NCBI GenBank assembly: GCA_018241645.1
Contig: JAFEDL010000062.1
Location: forward strand, 1,112 to 65,111
From: Pseudomonadota bacterium
Lineage (GTDB): Bacteria; Pseudomonadota; Gammaproteobacteria; Burkholderiales; SG8-39
Direction of reading: 5' to 3'
Length of the DNA stretch: 64,000 nt
Part shown: in pieces, positions 8,928 to 19,496 of the stretch
How positions within the stretch are numbered: position 1 is the stretch's first letter
Layout: each line of letters starts with the position of its first letter
Program-made: the position numbers and the translations under genes
The notes under the pieces: generated by a model
What the model was told of the DNA's origin: nothing
What the model saw: the letters and a program-made list of their open reading frames with translations, nothing else
Databases searched by the model: none

Positions 8928-10166
8928 ATGAACAAGTTTGCCCCCGCGAAACGCATCCAGTCTTTCCACCCGCCGCAGCGCATCCTGATGGGCCCCGGCC
9001 CGACGGAGATCCATCCGCGCGTGCTCACCACCATGAGCCAGCCGGCGATCGGCTACCTCGACCCGGTCTTCGTCGAGATGATGGAAGAGCTCAAGTCGCT
9101 CCTGCGCTATGTCTACCAGACGAAGAACGCGCTGACTTTCCCGGTGTCGGGTCCAGGCTCGGTCGGGATGGAATACTGCTTCGTGAACATGGTGGCGCCC
9201 GGCGACAAGGTGATCGTCTGCCGCAACGGCGTGTTCGGCGGCCGCATGATCGAGAACGTCGAGCGCGCCGGCGGCGTTGCCGTTGTCGTCGAGGACACCT
9301 GGGGCGAGCCGGTCACGCCGCAGAAGCTCGAGGACGCGCTCAAGGCCAACCGCGACGCGAAGATCGTCGCCTTCGTGCACGCCGAGACGTCCACCGGCGT
9401 GCAGTCCGACGCCAAGACGCTCGTCGAGATCGCGCACAAGTACGATGCGCTCACGATCGTCGACGCGGTCACGTCGCTCGGCGGCACCCCGGTGCTGGTC
9501 GACGAGTGGGGCATCGACGCGATCTACTCGGCGAGCCAGAAGTGCCTGTCGTGCACGCCGGGCCTGTCGCCGGTGTCGTTCAACGAGCGCGTGGTCGAGC
9601 ACGTGAAGGCGCGCAAGGACAAGATCCACAGCTGGTTCATGGACATGAACCTGCTGCTCGGCTACTGGGGCGCGACCACGCGCACCTACCACCACACCGC
9701 GCCGACGAACTCGCTGTTCGCGCTGCACGAGGCGCTGCTGCTGATCCGCGAAGAGGGGCTGGAGAACGCCTGGGCGCGCGCTTACCGCCACCACATGGCG
9801 CTGAAGGCGGGCCTCGAGGCGATGGGCATGAAGTTCCTCGTCAAGGAACAGTACCAGCTGCCGCAGATGAACGCGGTGCTGTGCCCCGAAGGCGTGAACG
9901 AGGCCGAGGTCAGGAAGCGCCTGCTGAACGAGTTCAACCTCGAGATCGGCGCGGGCCTCGGGCCGCTGGCCGGCAAGATCTGGCGCTTCGGCCTGATGGG
10001 CTACTCGTGCCGCCCGGAAAACGTCATGGTCTGCCTGTCGGCGCTCGGTTCGGTGCTCGAGGACATGGGCCTGCCGGTGCACGTGGGCGAGGCCGAGTCG
10101 GCCGCGCACGGCGCATACGCGCAGATGCACGTGAAGGACGCGCAGCGCAAGAAGAAGGCGGCCTGA
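8928..10166 (+). CDS. class V (alanine-glyoxylate / serine-pyruvate type) PLP-dependent aminotransferase; conventional start at ATG 8928, possibly also made as a longer fusion from 8670
   Basis: MNKFAPAKRIQSFHPPQRILMGPGPTEIHPRVL...SASQKCLSCTPGLSP (PLP-lysine motif). GGGAG lies 7 nt upstream of ATG 8928. 412 aa. Confidence 0.9.
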   Translation: MNKFAPAKRIQSFHPPQRILMGPGPTEIHPRVLTTMSQPAIGYLDPVFVEMMEELKSLLRYVYQTKNALTFPVSGPGSVGMEYCFVNMVAPGDKVIVCRNGVFGGRMIENVERAGGVAVVVEDTWGEPVTPQKLEDALKANRDAKIVAFVHAETSTGVQSDAKTLVEIAHKYDALTIVDAVTSLGGTPVLVDEWGIDAIYSASQKCLSCTPGLSPVSFNERVVEHVKARKDKIHSWFMDMNLLLGYWGATTRTYHHTAPTNSLFALHEALLLIREEGLENAWARAYRHHMALKAGLEAMGMKFLVKEQYQLPQMNAVLCPEGVNEAEVRKRLLNEFNLEIGAGLGPLAGKIWRFGLMGYSCRPENVMVCLSALGSVLEDMGLPVHVGEAESAAHGAYAQMHVKDAQRKKKAA

Positions 10167-10187
10167 CGGCCCGTCGGCGGCATCGCC

Positions 10188-10216
10188 CCGCGCGGCTATC
10201 CATGCCGCGCGGTTTC
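10188..10216 (+). terminator. hairpin CCGCGCGG-N9-CCGCGCGG followed by TTTC (possible terminator or attenuator after the aminotransferase)
   Basis: 8-bp GC stem read directly from the sequence. The T-tract is weak. Confidence 0.4.
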
Positions 10217-10274
10217 ATGGCATCCTGATTGCTTGTCTGCAAGGGCATTCCATCCCGCATCGTCAGGAGAAACC

Positions 10275-11330
10275 ATGAAAGTCACGTTGTCCGCCGCCTT
10301 GTCCGCAGCCGTTGCCGTCCTCGCCCTGTCCGTCGCGCCGGCCCGGGCGCAGGACCTGCCGAAGACCCAGCTGAAGGTGGTGGGTTCGATCTCCAGCCTC
10401 GCCCCGTACAAGGACTTCGAGGTCCCGTTCTGGACCAAGACCCTGTCCGACAAGTCCAAGGGTGCGGTCACCGCGGAGATCAAGGGGTTCAACGAGATGG
10501 GCCTGAAGGGCCCCGAGGTGCTGCGCCTGATGAGCAGCGGGGCGCTGGAGATCGGCGCCACGGTGCTGGCCTACCTCGCCTCGGATGACCCGACCAACGA
10601 GGCCATCGACATCGCCGGCCTGCTGACGGACTTCGACACCGCGCGCAAGGCCACCGACGCTTCGAAGGCCATGTACACGAAGCTGTTCCAGAAATTCGGC
10701 GTGAAGCTGCTGGGCGTGGGCACTTACCCGGCGCAGGTCTTCTACTGCAACGCCGAGATCAAGAGCCTGGCCGACATCAGGGGCAAGAAGGTCCGCGCCG
10801 CCGGCCGCTCGCAGTCCGAGCTCGTCACAGCGCTGGGCGGCACGCCCGTCACGATGGCCTTCGGCGAAGTGGTGCCCGCGCTGCAGAACAAGACCGTGGA
10901 TTGCGGCATCACGGGCACCCTCTCCGGCAACCTGGCCAAATGGAACGAGGTAAGCACGCACCTGATTGCCCTGCCCGTGTCCTGGGGCCAGATCGCCTAT
11001 GCGGCGAACATGAAGTCCTTCGCCAGGCTCGACCCGCGCGTGCAGAGCCTGATCGAGACGGAAGTGAAGGGGCTGGAGAAGGCGATCTGGGACACGGCGG
11101 CCTACCACACGGAGCAGGGCTACGCCTGCAACGCGGGACGCGACGACTGCAAGGTCGGGACCAAGGGCAGGATGGTGCTCGTGCAGCCTTCGGCCGCCGA
11201 CCGCGCGATGCTGAAGAAGATCGTCGACGAGACCATGCTGCCGAAGTGGGCCGCGCGCTGCAGCGCCGAGTGCGTGGCCGACTTCAACGCCACCATCGGC
11301 AAGGCCGCCGGCGTCGTAGCCAAGAAGTAA
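10275..11330 (+). CDS. dctP: TRAP transporter substrate-binding protein (DctP family)
   Basis: ORF 10233..11330 trimmed to ATG 10275, which follows CAGGAG. Signal peptide MKVTLSAALSAAVAVLALSVAPARA. Followed by DctQ and DctM genes. Confidence 0.85.
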   Translation: MKVTLSAALSAAVAVLALSVAPARAQDLPKTQLKVVGSISSLAPYKDFEVPFWTKTLSDKSKGAVTAEIKGFNEMGLKGPEVLRLMSSGALEIGATVLAYLASDDPTNEAIDIAGLLTDFDTARKATDASKAMYTKLFQKFGVKLLGVGTYPAQVFYCNAEIKSLADIRGKKVRAAGRSQSELVTALGGTPVTMAFGEVVPALQNKTVDCGITGTLSGNLAKWNEVSTHLIALPVSWGQIAYAANMKSFARLDPRVQSLIETEVKGLEKAIWDTAAYHTEQGYACNAGRDDCKVGTKGRMVLVQPSAADRAMLKKIVDETMLPKWAARCSAECVADFNATIGKAAGVVAKK

Positions 11331-11344
11331 GGGCCGGGGGCATC

Positions 11345-11977
11345 TTGACCCATCGCGCGAAGGGCTGGCGCCCGCCGGTCCGGCGCGCGCTCGAAGCGGC
11401 CGACTGGCTGTCCCTGCGCGCGGTCTGGGCAGGCGGGGTGATGCTCCTCGCCGCCGCGTTCACCGTCTCGGTGGACGTCATCGCGAGAAAGCTCTTCACC
11501 GTGTCGCTGGGCGGCTCGGACGAACTGTCGGGCTACGCGTTCGCGATCGGCACCGCGTGGGCCTTCGCATTCACGCTCCTGCGGCGCGTCAACGTCCGCG
11601 TCGACGCCCTGTACCAGCTGCTGCCCGGTAAGCTTTGCGCGCTGCTCGACATCCTCGCGCTGGTGGCGCTGGGAGCGTTCGTCGCATATCTCGCGCGCTG
11701 GAGCTGGGAGGTGCTCGCCACCTCCTGGGCGCTGTCGGCGCAATCGAACAGCGCGCTGAAAGTACCGATGTGGATCCCGCAATCCCTGTGGTTTGCGGGC
11801 CTCGCGCTGTTCGTGGTAACGCTCGCGCTGCTGCTGGCGCGTGCGCTGGGCATGTTGTTCTCCGGGGACTGGGCCGGCGTGCATGAGCTGCTCGGGGCGC
11901 GCAGCGTGCGCGAGGAGGCCGAGGACGAATCCGGGTACGCGCGGGACCTGACGCGCCAGGGGGGAAAGAGCAGGTGA
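11345..11977 (+). CDS. dctQ: TRAP transporter small permease (DctQ family)
   Basis: In-frame part of ORF 10901..11977. The TTG 11345 start is inferred, so the start is uncertain. Four hydrophobic segments (VMLLAAAFTVSVDVIARKLF...). The stop overlaps the dctM GTG. Confidence 0.7.
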   Translation: MTHRAKGWRPPVRRALEAADWLSLRAVWAGGVMLLAAAFTVSVDVIARKLFTVSLGGSDELSGYAFAIGTAWAFAFTLLRRVNVRVDALYQLLPGKLCALLDILALVALGAFVAYLARWSWEVLATSWALSAQSNSALKVPMWIPQSLWFAGLALFVVTLALLLARALGMLFSGDWAGVHELLGARSVREEAEDESGYARDLTRQGGKSR

Positions 11978-13257
11978 TCGCCACCACCCTGGCCGTGCTG
12001 CTCGCGCTGATGGCGCTGGCGATCCCCGTGGCGGCCGCGCTGGGCGTTCTGGCGCTGCTGCTCGAGGGGTTCTATTCGCAGCTGCCGCTGGTGCGCGCGA
12101 TGGGCGAGGTGGCCTGGTCGGCCTCCAACGAGTTCCTGCTGGTTTCGGTGCCGCTGTTCATCCTGCTGGGCGAGATCCTGCTGCGCTCCGGGTTCGCCGA
12201 GCGCATGTACGGTTCGCTGATCCACTGGGTTTCCTGGCTGCCCGGCGGCCTGATGCACTCGAACATTGCGGCCTGCGGCATCTTCGCGGCGACGTCCGGC
12301 TCGAGCGTGGCCACCGCCGCAACGGTGGGCACGGTGGCGCTGCCGCAGGCGCGCCGCTTCGGCTACAACGAGCGCCTGTTCCTCGGCACGCTGGCCGCCG
12401 GCGGGACCCTGGGGATCCTGATCCCGCCGTCGATCAACATGATCGTCTACGCGGTGCTGACCAACACCTCGGTGCCCAAGCTGTACCTGGCCGGCATGAT
12501 CCCGGGCGTGCTGCTGATGCTGCTGTTCATGGCGGTGGTGATCGGGTTCTGCCTCGTGCGGCCGGACTGGGGCGGCAAGCGCGTCACCGCCACCTGGGGC
12601 GAGCGCATCGGCGGCCTGGTGCACCTGCTGCCGCCACTGACGATCTTCCTGGTGGTGGTCGGTTCGATCTACGCGGGCGTGGCCACGCCCACCGAGGCGG
12701 CGTCGCTGGGCGTGGTGGCGGCGCTGGGGCTCGCCTGGGGCAAGGGCCGGCTCAGCATCAACATGCTGCGCGAGGCGATCGAAGGCACGATGAAGTCCAC
12801 GGCGATGGTGATGCTCATCATACTTGCCGCGTACTTCCTGAATTTCGTCATCTCCGCGATCGGCCTGACCACGGCGCTCACCGGATTCATCGAAGGCCTG
12901 GGCCTGTCGCCGGTGATGATGCTGTTCGCGGTGATCGCGTTCTACGTGGTGCTGGGCTGCTTCATGGAAACCCTGTCGATGATGATCACCACCATCCCGA
13001 TCATCGCGCCCGTGATGTTCAAGCTCGGCTACGACCCGGTGTGGTTCGGGATCGTGGTGATCGTGCTCATCGAAACCGCGCTGATCACCCCCCCGGTGGG
13101 CCTCAACCTCTTCGTCGTGCAGAACCTGCGGAAGTCCGGGTCCCTCAACGACGTGATCGTGGGGGCGTTGCCATTCGTCGCGGCGCTGTTCGCGCTGCTC
13201 GCGCTGCTGGCCGTCTTTCCCGGCCTTGCGCTCTGGCTGCCCGCGCAGTTCGGCTGA
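11974..13257 (+). CDS. dctM: TRAP transporter large permease (DctM family)
   Basis: 427-aa polytopic protein with typical DctM segments (LVSVPLFILLGEIL, GIFAATSGSSVATAATVG). Confidence 0.92.
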   Translation: MIATTLAVLLALMALAIPVAAALGVLALLLEGFYSQLPLVRAMGEVAWSASNEFLLVSVPLFILLGEILLRSGFAERMYGSLIHWVSWLPGGLMHSNIAACGIFAATSGSSVATAATVGTVALPQARRFGYNERLFLGTLAAGGTLGILIPPSINMIVYAVLTNTSVPKLYLAGMIPGVLLMLLFMAVVIGFCLVRPDWGGKRVTATWGERIGGLVHLLPPLTIFLVVVGSIYAGVATPTEAASLGVVAALGLAWGKGRLSINMLREAIEGTMKSTAMVMLIILAAYFLNFVISAIGLTTALTGFIEGLGLSPVMMLFAVIAFYVVLGCFMETLSMMITTIPIIAPVMFKLGYDPVWFGIVVIVLIETALITPPVGLNLFVVQNLRKSGSLNDVIVGALPFVAALFALLALLAVFPGLALWLPAQFG

Positions 13258-13258
13258 C

Positions 13259-14104
13259 CTACAGCCCCAGCCGCTGCCAGATCGTCGAGACCGCCCCGGC
13301 CTGGTTGAGCGTATAGAAGTGCAGCCCCGGCGCGCCGGCGGCGAGCAGCTTGTCGCACAGCGCCGTCACCACGTCCAGGCCGAACGAGCGGATCGAGGCT
13401 GTGTCGTCGCGGTAGCCCTCGAGCTTGATGCGCAACCAGCGCGGGATCTCCGCGCCGCAGGCATCCGAAAACCGCGCGAGCTGCGAGAAGTTGCCGATCG
13501 GCATGATGCCCGGCACGATGGGCACGGTGATCCCGGCCGCCTCGCATTCGTCGACGAACTGGAAGTACGCGTCGGCGTTGTAGAAGTATTGCGTCATCGC
13601 CGCGTTGGCGCCCGCATCGATCTTGCGCTTGAAGTTCCTCACCTCGTCTGCGGCGTTGCGGGTCTGCGGGTGGTACTCCGGGTAGCAGGCGACCTCGATG
13701 TTGAACCAGTCGCCGGTGGTCTCGCGGATGAAGGCCACGAGCTCGTTCGCGTGCCGCAGCTCGCCCGCCATCGCCACGCCCGAAGGCAGGTCGCCGCGCA
13801 GGGCGACGATGTGGCGGATGCCGTTGTCCCTGTAGTGCGCGAGGATGTCCGCGATTTCCGCCTTCGAGGACGCGACGCACGACAGGTGCGGCGCGGCCTC
13901 GTGGCCGGCGTTGCGGATCTCGAGCACGGTGTCGAGCGTGCCTTGCTGCGTCGAGCCGCCCGCGCCGAAGGTGCACGAGAAGAAGCGCGGCTTCAGTTGC
14001 GCGAGCTGTTGCCAGGTCGCGCGCAGCTTGGCCTTGCCTTCTGGCGTCTTCGGCGGGAAGAACTCGAAACTGAAAGTCCGCGCGTGCTTGCGCTGAGATT
14101 CCAT
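13259..14104 (-). CDS. metF: methylenetetrahydrofolate reductase
   Basis: FSFEFFPPKTPEG...FFSCTFGAGGST...PHLSCV. 281 aa, located downstream of ahcY. Confidence 0.95.
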   Translation of the reverse strand: MESQRKHARTFSFEFFPPKTPEGKAKLRATWQQLAQLKPRFFSCTFGAGGSTQQGTLDTVLEIRNAGHEAAPHLSCVASSKAEIADILAHYRDNGIRHIVALRGDLPSGVAMAGELRHANELVAFIRETTGDWFNIEVACYPEYHPQTRNAADEVRNFKRKIDAGANAAMTQYFYNADAYFQFVDECEAAGITVPIVPGIMPIGNFSQLARFSDACGAEIPRWLRIKLEGYRDDTASIRSFGLDVVTALCDKLLAAGAPGLHFYTLNQAGAVSTIWQRLGL

Positions 14105-14159
14105 GTATCTGGTTTGGTTGGGGAGGCGGTAACGGGGGAACCGTAGGGTTCCCCTGTTC

Positions 14160-15593
<1,434 letters not shown>

Positions 15594-15614
15594 CACGCGC
15601 TCCTTTCGTCTAAG

Positions 15615-15697
15615 AGTTCGCGAGCGCCGTTGCGGTAGGAATTTCCCGAGCCTAGCGACAGATGGAGAACCTGTCGTTGCAACGCTCCTCGGGAACC
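15615..15697 (-). promoter_or_regulatory. SAH riboswitch (S-adenosylhomocysteine-responsive ahcY leader)
   Basis: Reverse complement reads UUCCCGAGGAGCGUUGCAACGACAGG...CUGUCGCUAGGCUCGGGAA...GCAACGGCGCUCGC. This matches the conserved SAH-element core and helices (CCCGAG/CUCGGG, CGACAG/CUGUCG, GAGCG/CGCUC). A TTCAGA-N17-TAGAAT promoter lies just upstream, at about 15702-15730. Confidence 0.85.
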
Positions 15698-15744
15698 GCC
15701 TATTCTACGCGAATCCGCAAAAATTCTGAAGACCCCCGCCTACG

Positions 15745-16935
15745 ATGAATCCTGACCCCAGCCAGCCCAACGCGCGCGCCCTGGCGCGCATCCTTGCAGT
15801 CGTCCCGCGCTGGACGGCCGTCAGCCCGGCCTCCCGGGCGGTCGGCCTGCCCGACCGGGTGCTGCTGCACGCGGGCCCGCCGCTGCCGGACCCCAAATCG
15901 CCGCCGCCGCCGATGCTGAACAGCGCGGTGCTCGCCTGCCTCCACGAGGGCTGGGCGAAGGACGAGGGTGAGGCCGGACGGCTGATATCCAGCGGTGCCG
16001 TAAAGCTGGAGCCGTCAGCTACGCGCCGGGTATCCACGCCTTTGGTGTCGATGGTGTCGGCCCGCACCACGCTGGCCGTGATCGAGGATGCGGCTTCCGG
16101 GGCGCAGTGGTTTGCCTTTCTCGGCACGGGCGGCGGGGCGCAGATGCGCTTCGGCGCGCGCGACCGTGCGATCCTCGACAGGCTCGCGTTCCGCGAGCGC
16201 GAGCTCTTCCCCGGGTTTTCGGACCTGCTGTCCGAACCGGTCGACCTGCTGTCCGTTGCGCGCTCGGCGCTCACCGAGGGCGACGACCTGCACAACCGCC
16301 TGTCGAGCGCGACCGCGGTGCTGCATGCGGTGCTCGGGACGCGCAAGGCGGAGACGCCGGCTGCGCAGGCCGCGCTGCGCACCGTGCAGGAAGCGCCGCT
16401 CTACTTCCTCAACTTCTGGATGCCGGCCTGCGCGCTGATGCTCGATGCCGCAGCGGGCGTTGCGGGCGCCACGCTCGTGACGAAGCTGTCGGCGAACGGG
16501 CAGGTCACGGGCATCCAGCTGGCCGGACTGCCCGGACAATGGTTTACGGCGCCGGCGGCCCCGGTTGCCGGCCCGTTCATGAAAGGGCTGGCCATCCCCG
16601 ACCCGCAGTTCCCGCCGGCGACCGGCGACAGCGGCATCATCGACGCGTTCGGCCTCGGCGGGCAGGTGCTGCGCCGTGCGCCGAGCCTGCTGGCGGCGTT
16701 CGAGCCTTGGCTTGCGAAGGGCGACGAGCAGCGTGCACTGGCGCAGTTGTGCGGGATGCATCCGGTGCTGGGCGTCCCGGTGGGGCTGGATGCCGCGGCG
16801 GTCGCGCGCTCCGGCCAGTCGCCGCTGCTGTCCACCGGAATGGTATCCGCCGATGGGCGCGGCCTGCTCGGGCGCGGGATCTGCGCAATGCCGCTGGAGC
16901 CTTTCCGCGCGGCGGTGTCCGCCATACCAGGCTGA
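15745..16935 (+). CDS. DUF1116 domain-containing protein (YlbE-like)
   Basis: VLLHAGPPLPD...ACLHEGWAKDEGEA...TGDSGIIDAFGLGGQ resemble YlbE/DUF1116 signature blocks as I remember them. Confidence 0.7.
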   Translation: MNPDPSQPNARALARILAVVPRWTAVSPASRAVGLPDRVLLHAGPPLPDPKSPPPPMLNSAVLACLHEGWAKDEGEAGRLISSGAVKLEPSATRRVSTPLVSMVSARTTLAVIEDAASGAQWFAFLGTGGGAQMRFGARDRAILDRLAFRERELFPGFSDLLSEPVDLLSVARSALTEGDDLHNRLSSATAVLHAVLGTRKAETPAAQAALRTVQEAPLYFLNFWMPACALMLDAAAGVAGATLVTKLSANGQVTGIQLAGLPGQWFTAPAAPVAGPFMKGLAIPDPQFPPATGDSGIIDAFGLGGQVLRRAPSLLAAFEPWLAKGDEQRALAQLCGMHPVLGVPVGLDAAAVARSGQSPLLSTGMVSADGRGLLGRGICAMPLEPFRAAVSAIPG

Positions 16936-16943
16936 CGTACCGC

Positions 16944-18179
16944 TCAGGCCGCGGCCATGTCCTGCCAGAGCGTGGCGAGATCGGGGAAGCCCCACGTGTC
17001 CGGGTCTTCGCGGGACACGATCCTGTCGTTCTTTCCAGGCCTCGACAGGTCGATCCGCACGGGGGCGATCCGGGTCTGCGAGCGCATGGAGAAGAAGGCC
17101 TTGACGATCGGAGTCACCAGGGACTTGTCGGTCTGCTCCACGATCACGGCGAGCCGCCCCGATTGCAGCCGCACCAGGGACCCGACCGGATAGATGCCCA
17201 GGCTCTTCACGAACGCGCCGAAGACCCGATCGTCGAAGTGCCCGTCCTTCCACTCGGCCATCTTGTGCAGGGCCACGGACGGGTCCCAGCCCGTCTTGTA
17301 GGGGCGGTCCGAGGTGATCGCGTCATAAACGTCGCAGACGGCCCCCATCCTGGCGTACAGGCTGATCGCTTCCCCGCCGAGGCGCTCCGGATAGCCGCTC
17401 CCGTCCATCTTTTCGTGGTGGTGCAGGCACACGTCGAGGGACACGCCGGAAGCGCCGCCGCCCTCGCTCAGCATGCGGTGGCCCGCGACGGGATGGCCCT
17501 GGACGAGGGCGAACTCCTCGCCGGTGAGCTTGCCGGGCTTGTTCAGGATGGCGAGGGGGATCGCCATCTTGCCCACGTCGTGCAGCAGACCGGCGAGGCC
17601 GGCCTCGCGGATTTCGGCCTCGGCCAGGCCGAGCTGGCGGCCCAGGGCGATCATCAGCGCGCAGACGGCGACCGAGTGCATGTAGGTGTAGTCGTCCGCG
17701 GTCTTCAGCCGCGCGACGCTGATCAGCGCGCCGGGGTTGCGCAGCACGGAGGCGGAGATTTCGCTGACCAGCGCGCCGGCCCGTTCCGAATCGATGGCGC
17801 GGCCCATGCGCGCCTGCTGGAACATGTCAGTCACGGCAACGCGCGACTGGGCGCAGATCAACGCGGCGCGCTCGAGTTCCTCGCACATCGGGACGCGCCT
17901 GGCCGGGGGCGGCGCAGCGGCGCGCTCGCCGGCCACGTGGGCGATGAAACTGTCCGCCTGCCCGCCGGGCGCTTCGGCGGCGGCACCCTCTTCCACGTCG
18001 AGACCGCGCGAAGTGTCGATCCAGACTTCGGCGATTCCGCATTCGATGATCTGGGCCAGGTCCTTCCGGTCGGTCAGCCGGAAGGACTTGCACCAGAAAG
18101 GGTGCTCCATCCACGAGCCGCACAGTTCGTGGATGTGCATCCCGAGCTGCAGCCGGTCGGTGCCGATTCGTTTCAACAT
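16944..18179 (-). CDS. HD-GYP domain cyclic-di-GMP phosphodiesterase with an N-terminal DUF3391-like domain
   Basis: ORF 16944..18290 trimmed to ATG 18179 (MLKRIGTDRLQLGMHIHEL). HDVGKMAIP...HHHEKMDGSGYPERL is the HD-GYP signature. Confidence 0.88.
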   Translation of the reverse strand: MLKRIGTDRLQLGMHIHELCGSWMEHPFWCKSFRLTDRKDLAQIIECGIAEVWIDTSRGLDVEEGAAAEAPGGQADSFIAHVAGERAAAPPPARRVPMCEELERAALICAQSRVAVTDMFQQARMGRAIDSERAGALVSEISASVLRNPGALISVARLKTADDYTYMHSVAVCALMIALGRQLGLAEAEIREAGLAGLLHDVGKMAIPLAILNKPGKLTGEEFALVQGHPVAGHRMLSEGGGASGVSLDVCLHHHEKMDGSGYPERLGGEAISLYARMGAVCDVYDAITSDRPYKTGWDPSVALHKMAEWKDGHFDDRVFGAFVKSLGIYPVGSLVRLQSGRLAVIVEQTDKSLVTPIVKAFFSMRSQTRIAPVRIDLSRPGKNDRIVSREDPDTWGFPDLATLWQDMAAA

Positions 18180-18258
18180 GATGGAGGTGACGCGCGCGGC
18201 GCATCGAGCCAGGGCCTGGACCTGCCAATCTTGCCGCATCCGGCCCGTGCACCAGCCA

Positions 18259-18283
18259 ACAAAAAAGGGCCGCATTGCGGCCC
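18259..18283 (-). terminator. rho-independent terminator downstream of metK
   Basis: GGGCCGC-ATT-GCGGCCC stem-loop. On the minus strand it is followed by UUUUUUGU. Confidence 0.8.
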
Positions 18284-18335
18284 TTTTCACCCCATTGCGC
18301 CACGCCCGCAGAGTGGCGGGGCGGCGCCGGCTTCC

Positions 18336-19496
18336 CTAGGCTGCGGCCTTGAGGGCCATCGCCTTGTCCGTGGCTTCCCACGTGAATTCCGGCTCGTCGC
18401 GGCCGAAGTGGCCGTACGCGGCGGTCTTCTCGTAGATCGGGCGCAGGAGGTTCAGCATCTGGATGATGCCTTTCGGGCGCAGGTCGAAGTTGGCCAGCAC
18501 GAGCTTGGACAGCGCTTCGTCGGAGATCTTGCCCGTGCCCTTGGTCGTGACCATCACGCTGGTGGGCTGGGCCACGCCGATCGCGTAGGACACCTGCACC
18601 AGGCACTCGGTCGCTAGGCCGGCGGCGACGATGTTCTTCGCCACGTAGCGCGCGGCGTAGGCGGCCGAGCGGTCGACCTTGGAGGGGTCCTTGCCGGAGA
18701 ACGCGCCGCCGCCGTGCGGGGCCGAGCCGCCGTAGGTGTCGACGATGATCTTGCGCCCGGTGAGGCCGCAGTCGCCCTTGGGTCCGCCGATCTCAAAGGC
18801 CCCGGTCGGGTTCACGAGGTACTTGATCTTGCCCTTGACGAGGTTCTTCGGCAGCACGGGCTTGATGATCTGCTCGATCACGGCCTCTTCGATCTGCTTG
18901 TGCGTGACGCCGGGGCCGTGCTGGGTGGAGAGGACCACCGTCTCGATCGAGTGGGGCTTGCCCTTCTCGTAGCGGATCGTGACCTGCGACTTGGCGTCCG
19001 GGCGCAGCCAGTTGAGGCGGCCGTCGCGGCGGATCTCCGACTGCCGCTCGACCAGGCGGTGCGACAGGTAGATCGCCATCGGCATCAGGCCGGGCGTTTC
19101 GTCGCAGGCGTAGCCGAACATCAGGCCCTGGTCGCCGGCGCCCTGGTCGAGGTCGAGTCCGCTGCCTTCGTTCACGCCCTGCGCGATGTGCTGCGACTGC
19201 TCGCCGTATGCGACCAGCACCGTGCAGGTGTCGGCGTCGAAGCCGATCGCCGGGTCGTTGTAGCCGATGCGCCGGATCGTGTTGCGCGCGATCTCGCGGT
19301 AGTCGAGGTGCTTGGCGCCGGTGGTGATCTCGCCGGCGAGCACCACGAGGTTGTCCTTGACGAGGGTCTCCGCCGCAACGCGTGAGCGCGGGTCCTGGGC
19401 TAGAATCGCGTCGAGGACCGCGTCCGAAATCTGGTCTGCAACCTTGTCCGGGTGTCCTTCAGAGACCGACTCGGAGGTGAAGAGAAAATCGCTCAT
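18336..19496 (-). CDS. metK: S-adenosylmethionine synthetase
   Basis: ORF 18336..20129 trimmed to ATG 19496. [32 protein letters not shown]...[16 protein letters not shown]. Confidence 0.97.
   Translation of the reverse strand: MSDFLFTSESVSEGHPDKVADQISDAVLDAILAQDPRSRVAAETLVKDNLVVLAGEITTGAKHLDYREIARNTIRRIGYNDPAIGFDADTCTVLVAYGEQSQHIAQGVNEGSGLDLDQGAGDQGLMFGYACDETPGLMPMAIYLSHRLVERQSEIRRDGRLNWLRPDAKSQVTIRYEKGKPHSIETVVLSTQHGPGVTHKQIEEAVIEQIIKPVLPKNLVKGKIKYLVNPTGAFEIGGPKGDCGLTGRKIIVDTYGGSAPHGGGAFSGKDPSKVDRSAAYAARYVAKNIVAAGLATECLVQVSYAIGVAQPTSVMVTTKGTGKISDEALSKLVLANFDLRPKGIIQMLNLLRPIYEKTAAYGHFGRDEPEFTWEATDKAMALKAAA

Noticed and set aside
16107-18617. 836-aa + strand ORF spanning the HD-GYP and metK regions.
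   Set aside because: It runs antisense to two well-supported genes and its product is Arg/Ala/Gly-rich low-complexity sequence. This is the typical long stop-free antisense frame of high-GC DNA. The same applies to 6638..8533, 8652..10130, 14172..15638, 25253..27148, 44750..46219 and 57646..58830.
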